Notes: generated by a model from the sequence alone, not told the origin. A stretch of DNA of 64,000 nt from Planctomycetia bacterium (GCA_021413845.1 JAIOPP010000021.1:75975-139974); one strand, 5' to 3'; shown: positions 50,659 through 59,406, counted from the first letter of the stretch. Translations and numbers: made by a program.

Positions 50659-52641
50659 ATGCCTGTTCGCTCGACTCTGCTCGCGGCGATTTGCTTCTTT
50701 GGCGCAGCAAACGCGCCTGGTATCTCCCATGCGGCCGAAGACCTGTCGCTCCGCGAAGAGGCTGCGTTCCGCGCGGCGGCGGCGCAGGTGTCCCCGTCGG
50801 TCGTCGCGATCGAAACCGTCGGGGGTTTGGATACGCTCGGCGAGTTGCTCGTCGGCACCGGTCCGACCGGCGGGCTCGTCGTGTCCGACGACGGCTATAT
50901 TATTTCCAGCACCTTCAACTTCGCGCACAAGCCGGCGTCGATCATCGTGAGCCTCAACGACGGACGCCGCGCTCCGGCGAAGCTCGTCGCGCGGGACGAA
51001 GTACGCAAGCTCGTGCTGTTGAAGATCGACGCGCAGAAGCTTCCCGTAGCGCAAACCGCTCCCGAGTCGGATATCGCGGTCGGCATCTGGTCGATCGCGT
51101 TGGGCCGCGCGTTCGAGCCGGAGAAGCCGAACGTCTCCGTCGGCATCATCAGCGCCGTAAATCGAATCTGGGGCAAAGCGATTCAAACCGACGCGAAGAT
51201 TTCGCCGGCGAACTACGGCGGTCCGCTGGTCGACATTCGGGGGCGCGTGCTCGGCGTGCTCGTGCCGTTGTCGCCGAACGAAAAAGAAGATCAGTCGGGA
51301 GTCGAATGGTACGACTCGGGCATCGGCTTCGCCGTGCCGATGGCGCATATCGAGCGGATCTTGCCCCGGTTGAAAAAGGGGGAAGACCTGAAAACCGGCC
51401 TGATCGGCGTTAGCTTTCGGGGGAAGAACGTCTACGCCGATCCGCCGATTATCGCTCGGGCCCGCGCGAATTCTCCCGCGTATCTAGCAGGGCTGCGTAA
51501 AGGAGATCGGATTCGGGCCGTCGAAGGGAAGCCGGTCGACTTGCAAGTGCAGGTGATGGAAGCGATTCAAAGCCGCTACGCCGGCGATAAGCTTCGTGTC
51601 TCGATCGCGCGCGGTCCCGACGGCAAGGAAACTTTCGATCGCGAACTGCCGCTCGTCGATCATCTCGATCCCTACAAGCGACCGTTTCTGGGTTTGCTCG
51701 CCGAGCGCAGCTCGCCCGCAGCGAACGAAGGGAAAGTCGTCGTGCGGTACGTGTACGAAGATTCGCCGGCGGCGCTGAAGGGAATCAAAGTCGGCGACGT
51801 CGTCCAAGCGATCAACGGAGCGGCGATCAAGGACCGCGACGCGCTCCGGCTTGCCGTTGCCGAATCGGAAGCCGGCAAGCCGCTCAAGCTCGAGCTGCAA
51901 CGAGCGGGAGAGAAAGTCCAAGTCGAGCTCGAAGCCGCGCCGCAGCCGGAAACCGTCCCCGCGAAACTTCCGCAAGCAGCGGGCGAGCCTGCGGCCGGCG
52001 ACGACGGGGCCGAGCCGAAGGGCGTGAGCGTGAAATTCGCCGAGCATAAGAATGAGTGCAAGCTCTACGTGCCGGAGACCTATTCGGAAAAGCACCCACA
52101 TGGGCTGGTGCTGTTGCTGCATCCCGAAGGTGGTTTTCAAGACGCCGAGCTCGCAGCTCTCGTGAAGCAGTGGATGCCCCATTGCCGGCGCGATGGTTTG
52201 ATGTTGCTCGTGCCGAGCGCCGCCGGCGAAGAAGGCAAATGGGCGGCGGCCGATCTGGAATTCATCGGCAAGGTGATCGATCGGGTCGCCGAAGGCTACG
52301 CGGTCGATCCGGGGCGCGTCGTTGCGCACGGCGTTGAAGAAGGAAGCCTCGTCGCTCTGCGCACGGCGGCTCAATTCCCCGAGCGCATTCGTGCCGCGGC
52401 GGTCGTCAACAGCCCTTCGCTCGCCGCACCGATCGAGGAAGATCCGGCCCATTCGATCGCCTACTACGTGGCGACCGTCTCCGACTTCCAAGCCAAGACG
52501 CGCATCGTCGCAGGCATCGAGCTTCTACGAAAGCAATTCCTGCCCGTCACGGTTCGCGAGTTGCCTCCGCAAGCCAATTATCTCGATGCCGAGCAACTCT
52601 CCGAGTTGGTGCGCTGGATCGATACGCTGGATCGGATCTGA
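50659..52641 (+). CDS. HtrA-like paralogue with degenerate triad, two PDZ-like regions and C-terminal alpha/beta-hydrolase-like domain
   Basis: Start is at ATG 50659 (alternative GTG 50638), with a signal peptide. SSTFNFA replaces TNxHVV, KLVLLKI replaces D-x-A-x-x-K-I, and SPANYGGPL has Tyr (codon 51214-51216) at the nucleophile position. The C-terminal esterase-like segment has G-V-E-E-G (52330-52344) where G-x-S-x-G is expected. Confidence 0.75.
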   Translation: MPVRSTLLAAICFFGAANAPGISHAAEDLSLREEAAFRAAAAQVSPSVVAIETVGGLDTLGELLVGTGPTGGLVVSDDGYIISSTFNFAHKPASIIVSLNDGRRAPAKLVARDEVRKLVLLKIDAQKLPVAQTAPESDIAVGIWSIALGRAFEPEKPNVSVGIISAVNRIWGKAIQTDAKISPANYGGPLVDIRGRVLGVLVPLSPNEKEDQSGVEWYDSGIGFAVPMAHIERILPRLKKGEDLKTGLIGVSFRGKNVYADPPIIARARANSPAYLAGLRKGDRIRAVEGKPVDLQVQVMEAIQSRYAGDKLRVSIARGPDGKETFDRELPLVDHLDPYKRPFLGLLAERSSPAANEGKVVVRYVYEDSPAALKGIKVGDVVQAINGAAIKDRDALRLAVAESEAGKPLKLELQRAGEKVQVELEAAPQPETVPAKLPQAAGEPAAGDDGAEPKGVSVKFAEHKNECKLYVPETYSEKHPHGLVLLLHPEGGFQDAELAALVKQWMPHCRRDGLMLLVPSAAGEEGKWAAADLEFIGKVIDRVAEGYAVDPGRVVAHGVEEGSLVALRTAAQFPERIRAAAVVNSPSLAAPIEEDPAHSIAYYVATVSDFQAKTRIVAGIELLRKQFLPVTVRELPPQANYLDAEQLSELVRWIDTLDRI

Positions 52642-53012
52642 TGGCTGAAGACTCCGCAGCAAAGCAGGAAGCGAAACGCCGCCGCATGATTCTCGGCGTC
52701 CTCACGGGCATCATGGCCCTCATGGCGCTCTGGCTGAACGTGTTCGATCGCGCGACGGGCGACACCTACGCGGCGCTGCAATCCGGCAGCGTGCGCATGA
52801 CGGCCGTCCTCGCCGTCCTCTGGCTCGCCCTTCCCGACACGACGAAAGGCCCCGGCGTCTGGATCTTTCTCGGCGCCCTCGTCTTCGCGGTTGCGATGCT
52901 CTCGCGCGCGGGGAAGCTCGGGTTCAAGGCCGTCATTCCGTTGATCGCGATTCTGAGCGCGTTGGCGTTCCTGCGCAAGTTCACAAGCGCGCTGACCGGC
53001 AAGCCGCGGTAG
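52641..53012 (+). CDS. Small polytopic membrane protein (hypothetical), last gene of the 25-kb run
   Basis: 123 aa, with a TGATG 1-nt overlap with the upstream stop. Three to four hydrophobic helices. Confidence 0.65.
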   Translation: MAEDSAAKQEAKRRRMILGVLTGIMALMALWLNVFDRATGDTYAALQSGSVRMTAVLAVLWLALPDTTKGPGVWIFLGALVFAVAMLSRAGKLGFKAVIPLIAILSALAFLRKFTSALTGKPR

Positions 53013-53026
53013 CGACGGCTTTTGCT

Positions 53027-53950
53027 CTAGCGCCGATCGCGCTGCGGCGTCACGCTCGCGGCGGTGTACGACGGTAGCGAAGTCCCCCCGCCGCCGGCTT
53101 CCAATCGCCCTCGAACGGAAACGAAATCACCGTTGCGGAACCCGTTCACAGGGCTCGTCGGCGAAAGCACGACTACGCCGCCGACCTGATCGGGCCGCTG
53201 CCCCGGCTCGACGTAGCGCAGGATCCACCGGCTATCGGCTGCGGAATACTCGAGCCGGCCGTTGAGCTGCGAATAGGCCGCGTCGAACCCAAAGGCCGGC
53301 TCTTGGCCCGGCAGCGTGGAGTTGCGCACGGTGGCGGGATCGATTCCCGAGGAGATCGGCGCGCTCGGCGCAGCGGCCGGCTGAGTGTAGCTTTGTTGTG
53401 TGGCGCGTCCGGCCCCTTCGGCGGTCTTCGGTTGCGACGTTCGGCCCGCGACCGGCAAGTCCATAATGTCGACCCCTCCGCGCGCGGCGCCGGTATACGT
53501 GCCGGAGTTGCCGGCCGAAGCAGACGGCGTCGACATAGCCGACGGCTCGACGATGCGAATCGATTGTCCGCCGGAGACTCCGTTCGACGGAATGCTCGAA
53601 GGCGCGATCGGCGCTGCGCCGCTCGTGCCGGTGAAGCGCGCCGGGGTCGACGAAGGATTTACGGTCGCCGGTTGCGCGGGAGTCGTGAACGGGTTCGGCG
53701 GCGTCGCGCCGGTGCTATTGTTCGAGTTGAATCCGCCCGGCGGGCTGTAGATCGAGCTGCCGGTCGTCGAGGTATTCAGCGTGGGAGGCGCGGCGGGATA
53801 GTTCCATGCGCCGGGGGGCTGCGCTCCGACGCTGCCGGTCGGCGGTGCCGGAACTTTCGTGCGCCCGAGAAACGGATCGAGCGCGGCAGGTCGGTTCTTG
53901 CAACCGCTGCACAAACTCAACAACATCGCCAGCGCGAGCAAGCGCCCCAT
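53027..53950 (-). CDS. Putative lipoprotein, Pro/Ser/Thr/Ala-rich (hypothetical)
   Basis: 307 aa. N-terminus MGRLLALAMLLSLCSGC has a lipobox-like Cys. A long low-complexity region is followed by a structured C-terminal region of about 90 aa. Confidence 0.6.
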   Translation of the reverse strand: MGRLLALAMLLSLCSGCKNRPAALDPFLGRTKVPAPPTGSVGAQPPGAWNYPAAPPTLNTSTTGSSIYSPPGGFNSNNSTGATPPNPFTTPAQPATVNPSSTPARFTGTSGAAPIAPSSIPSNGVSGGQSIRIVEPSAMSTPSASAGNSGTYTGAARGGVDIMDLPVAGRTSQPKTAEGAGRATQQSYTQPAAAPSAPISSGIDPATVRNSTLPGQEPAFGFDAAYSQLNGRLEYSAADSRWILRYVEPGQRPDQVGGVVVLSPTSPVNGFRNGDFVSVRGRLEAGGGGTSLPSYTAASVTPQRDRR

Positions 53951-54130
53951 AACTCGAACTCCGCTAAAACACCACGCGGCGCAACTCGGCCCTGCCGATT
54001 CGCCCTACGAAGGGGTGCTAGAGTAGCGAAATCGGGACGAGCGCCTAGAGCGGTCGGAGCGGAGCGACGACCGAAGACGGACGCCGGCACTGCTTCCCGG
54101 CCTGCCGATTTATGAACGCTCCCGCTGCCG

Positions 54131-54676
54131 TTAGCGGCCGAGCTTAGTTGCCGACGCGTTCAAGATGGTGCGCTCGAAGTGCGGGTTCACGATGCGGTGC
54201 GGCACGGCCGACGCCGATTTATCGGCTTTCGAAGCGGCACCGACGCCTCCCTTCGAGTTCGCCTTCGGCGGCTTGAAGCCTTGCAACGGTCCCGCCTTCG
54301 GCGAAGGGGAAATAACGGGTGCCGGCGTCGGAGCGCCATTCGGCGCGGTAGGTCCGTTCGAGCCGCTAGCCGAAGGAAGCTGTTCGATAAACGGATTGAC
54401 CACCATCTCCGGTCCGGCCGGCGCGACGTCAGGCGTTTGCACGATGCCCGGATAAGCGAACGGGCTGTAGCCGAACGTACGCGGCACGGCACGGCTGTAG
54501 TACACCGGTGGGTGCAACGCGAAGTACGGCAGGCGATCTTGATCGTAGACCGTGTAGACGTTGCGGCCGTAGAACTGCGGATAGCCCATCCATCCCCATT
54601 GCGCATGGGCATCGCCGGGAGCGAAGATGGAAAGCAGGGCGGCAAGGACGAGGGCACGCGACAAGTTGCGGATCAT
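54131..54676 (-). CDS. Secreted hypothetical protein (Tyr/Pro-rich)
   Basis: I moved the start to ATG 54676 (MIRNLSRALVLAALLSIFAPGDAHA signal peptide). The longer 280-aa ORF has an implausible N-terminus. Confidence 0.55.
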   Translation of the reverse strand: MIRNLSRALVLAALLSIFAPGDAHAQWGWMGYPQFYGRNVYTVYDQDRLPYFALHPPVYYSRAVPRTFGYSPFAYPGIVQTPDVAPAGPEMVVNPFIEQLPSASGSNGPTAPNGAPTPAPVISPSPKAGPLQGFKPPKANSKGGVGAASKADKSASAVPHRIVNPHFERTILNASATKLGR

Positions 54677-54809
54677 AGATGCACCCAAGAGGCGATTCGT
54701 GTAAAGTCGATTGTTGGTTTCGGAAGAGTCGAGTCGACGGCCGAAACGGCGACGGTCTGCCGTAGGCCGAACCGGTGATTTTCGTACCGTATCTTCCAGG
54801 CTAATCCGA

Positions 54810-55946
54810 ATGACCGGCCCGACAACTGGAAAACGGCCGAGTTCGACCGGCGGACGAGCACCGAACACTTTGAAACCACCCCTTTCGCCCCCATTCGACG
54901 TCGCCGCGGAGCACGCCTCGACGTTGACCGTGAAGCTAAAAAACGAGGCCGAACGGCTCGGTTTCAGCCTCACGGGGATTGCGCCGGCCGTCGCGCCGAC
55001 CGGTTTCGAGCGGCTCCGCCAATGGCTCGCCTCGGGCTACGGCGGCACGATGCACTATCTCACGGAGCGCGAATCAGCCTATGCGCATCCGAAGCATGTA
55101 CTCGAGGGAGTGCGGAGCATCGTCGTTCTCGCGATCGGCTATCGCACCTCGGAACCGGTGCCGATCGAGCCCGGGCAAGGTCGGGTCTCGCGCTATGCGT
55201 GGGGGAACGACTACCACGACTTGATCCACGATCGGCTGCATTCTTTGGCAGACTTCTTGCGCGCGAGCGTGCCGGGAGCGCGCGTGCGCGGCGTCGTCGA
55301 CACCGCGCCGCTGCTGGAGCGCGAGTTCGCGCAACTCTCCGGGCTCGGCTGGATCGGCAAGAACACCTTGCTGCTCAATAAGCAGTGGGGGAGCTACTTC
55401 TTTCTCGCGGCGCTGCTCACCGACCAGGAGCTCGCGTACGATGCTCCGCACGAAACCGATCATTGCGGCACCTGCACGGCTTGCTTAGACGCCTGCCCGA
55501 CGCAAGCGTTCGTCGCGCCGTATGTGCTTGATGCGCGGAAGTGCCTGAGCTATACGACGATCGAACTACGCGACTCGATTCCCGAAGAGCTCCGTGCGGG
55601 CCAGGGGGATTGGGTCTTCGGTTGCGACGTCTGCCAAGACGTTTGCCCGTGGAATCGCAAAGCGCCGATCGTCGACGAGCCGGAGTTCCGGCCGCGCGAC
55701 GTTTCGCATCCGCTGGACTTGATCGAGCTGTTCGATTTAGACGACGCCGGCTTTCGCCAACGATTTCGGCATACGCCGCTGTGGCGCTCGAAACGACGCG
55801 GAATTCTGCGCAACGCCGCGATCGTACTGGGGAATCAACGCTGTATCGACGCTATTCCGACACTCACGAAAGGCTTGGCCGACGAGGAGCCTCTGATACG
55901 CGAGGCTTGTGGTTGGGCGCTGGAACGGATTTCCGCGAAACCGTAA
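54810..55946 (+). CDS. queG: tRNA epoxyqueuosine(34) reductase
   Basis: 4Fe-4S motifs CGTCTACLDACP and CDVCQDVCPWN, plus GWIGKNTLL, CLSYTTIE and a HEAT-like C-terminus. The start is uncertain (ATG 54810 chosen; the ORF opens at 54711). Confidence 0.88.
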   Translation: MTGPTTGKRPSSTGGRAPNTLKPPLSPPFDVAAEHASTLTVKLKNEAERLGFSLTGIAPAVAPTGFERLRQWLASGYGGTMHYLTERESAYAHPKHVLEGVRSIVVLAIGYRTSEPVPIEPGQGRVSRYAWGNDYHDLIHDRLHSLADFLRASVPGARVRGVVDTAPLLEREFAQLSGLGWIGKNTLLLNKQWGSYFFLAALLTDQELAYDAPHETDHCGTCTACLDACPTQAFVAPYVLDARKCLSYTTIELRDSIPEELRAGQGDWVFGCDVCQDVCPWNRKAPIVDEPEFRPRDVSHPLDLIELFDLDDAGFRQRFRHTPLWRSKRRGILRNAAIVLGNQRCIDAIPTLTKGLADEEPLIREACGWALERISAKP

Positions 55947-55999
55947 GCGACCTGACGGTTTCCGAGTCAAACGCACTATAAAGCGACTCGCAACTTGCG

Positions 56000-57097
56000 T
56001 TACCCAATCTCGCAGGTCGTGTCTTCCGGCGATTCATCGGGGTGATCCGGCGGGTACCGGCCCGGCAGGTCTTCCGAATAGTATTTGTCGAGGACTTGCT
56101 GCAACTGTTCCGTGCAAGAAACCGCGATGAAGGCGTTGCGAACTTCCAAGGCTTGCGGGTGCAGCCGCGAATACTTGATGCCGAACTTGCGCATCTGCCG
56201 CCCAAAGTGGTTGCTGCCGTAAATGCCTTCGGCCAAGCGATAATGCTCGTGAATGATTTCGCGCTGCGCAAACACGCTCGGCGGCGGGGGCAGCGGCAAC
56301 CCGGCGGCCAGCGCTCGGCATTGCTCGAAGATCCACGGATTGCCGATGCAGCCGCGCGCGACCGTCACGCCGTCGATGCCCGTCTGACGGATCATGTCGA
56401 GGCAGGCCTGCGCCGTGAACAAGTCGCCGCTGCCGATCACGGTGCGCGAGCCGGCGTGGCGTTTCACTTCCGTGAGGAATTCCCAACGGCTCGGGCCCAC
56501 GTAGCGCTGATGGACCGTGCGACCGTGGACCGTGATGGCCGCTACGCCTCGAGCGAACGCGCCGTCGAAGATCGTGAAGAAGTTGTCGCGGCTTTGCTGT
56601 GTGTCGTCGAGCCCGCGTCGCATTTTCACCGAGACGGGAACGTGCGGCGGCACGACATCGCGCACGCGCGAGACGATCTCGAGCGCCGTGTCGGGCGTGC
56701 TCAAGAGAAAGCCGCCGCGACAACGCCCGAGCACCTTCTTCACCGGGCAGCCGAAGTTGATGTCGACCACGTCGAAGCCGGCGGCGACGAGCTCCAGAGC
56801 GGCCGCTGCAAACTGGTCGGGCTCGCTGCCCATGAGCTGGCCCGCGACCGGATGCTCGCCGGGGTCGACCTGGAGAAATCGCTTTTTCAGCTTGTTGCCG
56901 GCTTCGAGAATCAGCTTGTCGAGCACCACTTCGCAGAGCGTATACGAAGCCCCGAGCTTACGCGCGATGACGCGCATCGCCATGTCGCTATAGCCGCTCA
57001 AGGCCGCTTGGACGATGGGGAACCCGATGTCGACGGACCCGATCGCGAGATGCGGTAAGAGGAGCGGCGGCGATGCTAGATATGGAGCTGGATTCAT
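56000..57097 (-). CDS. tRNA-dihydrouridine synthase
   Basis: Motifs GYSDMAMRVIARKLGA, QLMGSEP and VVDINFGCPVKKV. Start is taken at the internal Met22 (MNPAPY...), computed as 57097 from the ORF frame. The ORF track start 57160 is GTG. Confidence 0.85.
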   Translation of the reverse strand: MNPAPYLASPPLLLPHLAIGSVDIGFPIVQAALSGYSDMAMRVIARKLGASYTLCEVVLDKLILEAGNKLKKRFLQVDPGEHPVAGQLMGSEPDQFAAAALELVAAGFDVVDINFGCPVKKVLGRCRGGFLLSTPDTALEIVSRVRDVVPPHVPVSVKMRRGLDDTQQSRDNFFTIFDGAFARGVAAITVHGRTVHQRYVGPSRWEFLTEVKRHAGSRTVIGSGDLFTAQACLDMIRQTGIDGVTVARGCIGNPWIFEQCRALAAGLPLPPPPSVFAQREIIHEHYRLAEGIYGSNHFGRQMRKFGIKYSRLHPQALEVRNAFIAVSCTEQLQQVLDKYYSEDLPGRYPPDHPDESPEDTTCEIG

Positions 57098-57230
57098 CCC
57101 AGCGATTATAACAGATTGCGACGGGCGGATTGAGGGCTCGCGAAACCGCAAGCGGACCACGACGCGGCACGGCTGAATTGTAAACTCTCTAAACTGACCG
57201 CTGCCGCCAAGGCGCGTCTTCTGCTAGCGC

Positions 57231-57269
57231 AAAAAAAAAATCGCCACGGGGGTCACCGTGGCGATTTTT
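57231..57269 (-). terminator. Rho-independent (bidirectional-type) terminator downstream of the HTH-receiver gene
   Basis: A10 (57231-57240), a 9-bp stem TCGCCACGG (57241-57249) pairing with CCGTGGCGA (57256-57264), and T5 (57265-69). Read on the minus strand this is a hairpin followed by a T10 run. Confidence 0.85.
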
Positions 57270-57312
57270 AAGATGTCTTCTAATCGGCGATATCGAACTA
57301 ATTTCGGACTAC

Positions 57313-57888
57313 TTAGCGGACGAGTTCCTTGCGGCCGCCGATCAGCGTGCGGAGGCGTTCCGCGAGCAGAGCAGCGTCGAAAGGCTTCTTGAACGTTTCG
57401 TTGATCGTCGAGCGATCGATGCCCGCCGTGTTGCCGTCGTCCGGCAGCAAAGCGATCAAGATCGTTTCGGCGTACTCCGTATTGCGACGGAGATTTTGGC
57501 AAATTTGGAGGGCCTCGGTTCGACCGATCGAGAAGTCGACCACGATGCTATCCGGATGGAAACTCTCGGCTTGGATACCGGCTTCGAAGCCGGACGCCGC
57601 GACCGATTGCTTAAACGATTTTTCAACCGGCAGTTCACGCTTCAGATTCTCGATGAGGATCTGATCTTGACTGACGATGAGCACCTTGGCCATCGCTTCG
57701 TCTTCCAAGTCGCCAAGGGGCATACCATGCTCCTTGAGGAACTTGATCAGGTACTCACGAGGAATCCGTCGATCCTGCGAGCCAGGGATGCGGTATCCCT
57801 TGAGCCGGCCGGAATCGAACCACTTACTGACGGTGCGGGGGGCCACTTTACAGATCTTAGCGACCTGTCCCGTAGTGAATACCTTCAT
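57313..57888 (-). CDS. Excisionase/MerR-like HTH fused to an atypical receiver domain (response-regulator-like)
   Basis: 191 aa. N-terminal FTTGQVAKICKVAPRTVSKWFDSGRLKGYRIP is an HTH. The receiver retains the phospho-acceptor-position Asp (IVVDFS) and K-P (FKKPF). The acidic pair is S-Q (VLIVSQDQ) and there is no Thr/Ser at the beta4 position (ILIALLPDD). Confidence 0.75.
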   Translation of the reverse strand: MKVFTTGQVAKICKVAPRTVSKWFDSGRLKGYRIPGSQDRRIPREYLIKFLKEHGMPLGDLEDEAMAKVLIVSQDQILIENLKRELPVEKSFKQSVAASGFEAGIQAESFHPDSIVVDFSIGRTEALQICQNLRRNTEYAETILIALLPDDGNTAGIDRSTINETFKKPFDAALLAERLRTLIGGRKELVR

Positions 57889-58728
57889 CGCACGCTCTCC
57901 CGTTGTCTATACGCTGTTTGGTTTATGGAGCACGCGCCGCTGTTGCGTTGTTTGCGGCACATGCGGTCCCTTGCTTGCGGTCGGCGGTATCGGGGCATGC
58001 CCTTTGTGTCCGTGGGTGGTTCGGAACACAAACCGCAAACAACTGGGTTGGGACCCTTCTCGCTTCGGGTGTTGGTGTTGTCGGCTCGGTCTCGGTTTCG
58101 AAATCGAAACCTCGGCCAAGAATCTCATTCGGCGACTTCGGCATTCGGAAACCAAAGAAACGGTGCGCGACCTTTCAGGCTTGTTACAGCCCGCAGATTA
58201 CGGAGCTTCTCAGGCGACCGGCAGCACTGTTGCCCGGCGAGGCAAGGTCAGAGGGGAGCAGCCACAAGACACACCGAACGAGCGCGCGGGATTGCGCTCA
58301 ATCGATGCAAGCACGAATACGCTTGGCTGACGGCAGGTTCCCCCCTGCAGTCTCGTTTCAAGAGGGCCGCTTCTTGCGAAGCCGCACTTTCAAAACATGA
58401 CCTTCCGTAAGTTACTTTCGATTGCGGACGGGGGTTTACTTTAGAAACATTTGCCGCGTGTAAGGAACATCGCGGTCCGCAGCGTCGTGACGAGCGATTC
58501 CGCCGCAGTATTTACGGCAATAATGAGGGTTCGGACCATTGTGGATATTTTTGCGAAGCTACCGATCAACCGGCCGGAGCGATCGGAAATATCCGGCTGG
58601 CAGCACCGCTCTGGATCGAAAACGACGATTTTTCCGATTATTCCGGCGCAGGAGAAGCGCTGAGCACCGCACCCGACAATCGTTGCTCGTCGCGCAATCC
58701 AAGCCTCGGGTCGAACGAGCCCGCCGCG

Positions 58729-59406
58729 CTAGTCGATGACGATCAGCCCGTCATCCAACTCATTGACGTCGTCCGTAGCGCGCGGAAGGACGGCCGCCAA
58801 GCGATCGCCGGCGGTGCGAGCCACGTCGCAGATCGCGCCGATCGGCGATTGCTTGCGGAGCTCGGCAGTGAGTTGCCGGCACAGCTCGTCGAGCGCCGGT
58901 TGCCCGAGCTTTTCCAACACCGACTGATCGGCGATGATCGCGGCCATCCGTTCGAAGAGGGAAACATAGATCAATAGTCCCGACCCGCCGGCAGTGCGGT
59001 GAATGCGCTGGTCGAAGAATGTTTGCCGGGCCCGGGCAAATACTTCTTCCTGCATCTGCACCCTCGGCGTGAATAGCCGGCGCAGCGTCCACGACTTCGA
59101 CCCGAGCACGGCACCGAGCACGAACCCAACGACGACCGCCGCCGCGAAAGCGGCGAGTTGCCAACCATGCGAGGTTTCGCTCCAACTGCCGAGCTCTTGT
59201 GCCGGCGTCGGCCAAACGAACCAAACGCCGGCCAGCAAGACCAGCGCCAGCCACAGCCCGACGACATCCTCCGGGCGATCGTAGCGACCGGAGGAACCGG
59301 CCACCGCGGCGACGACTTCGGCCGAGGTGCGCGACTCGGCGGCGGCGATCGCTTCGTTGACCCGATGGCGATCTTCGGCCGTGATCGTGCGACTGGGGAG
59401 TTTCAT
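58729..59406 (-). CDS. TPM-domain (TLP18.3/Psb32/MOLO-1-type) membrane protein
   Basis: 225 aa. AESRTSAEVVAAVAGSSGRY, two TM helices, and GSGLLIYVSLFERMAAIIAD resemble the TPM_phosphatase/DUF477 family, and the gene is paired with the upstream YgcG-like gene. Confidence 0.6.
   Translation of the reverse strand: MKLPSRTITAEDRHRVNEAIAAAESRTSAEVVAAVAGSSGRYDRPEDVVGLWLALVLLAGVWFVWPTPAQELGSWSETSHGWQLAAFAAAVVVGFVLGAVLGSKSWTLRRLFTPRVQMQEEVFARARQTFFDQRIHRTAGGSGLLIYVSLFERMAAIIADQSVLEKLGQPALDELCRQLTAELRKQSPIGAICDVARTAGDRLAAVLPRATDDVNELDDGLIVID

Noticed and set aside
58241-58270. GGCAAGGTCAGAGGGGAGCAGCCACAAGAC resembles the conserved SRP (4.5S) RNA helix-8 motif AGGUCAGGUCCGGAAGGAAGCAGCC.
   Set aside because: The apical stem and GNRA tetraloop (GUCC-GGAA-GGA) are missing. 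I could not build the flanking long helix from the surrounding sequence, so this is likely a chance partial match. An Rfam scan would settle it.
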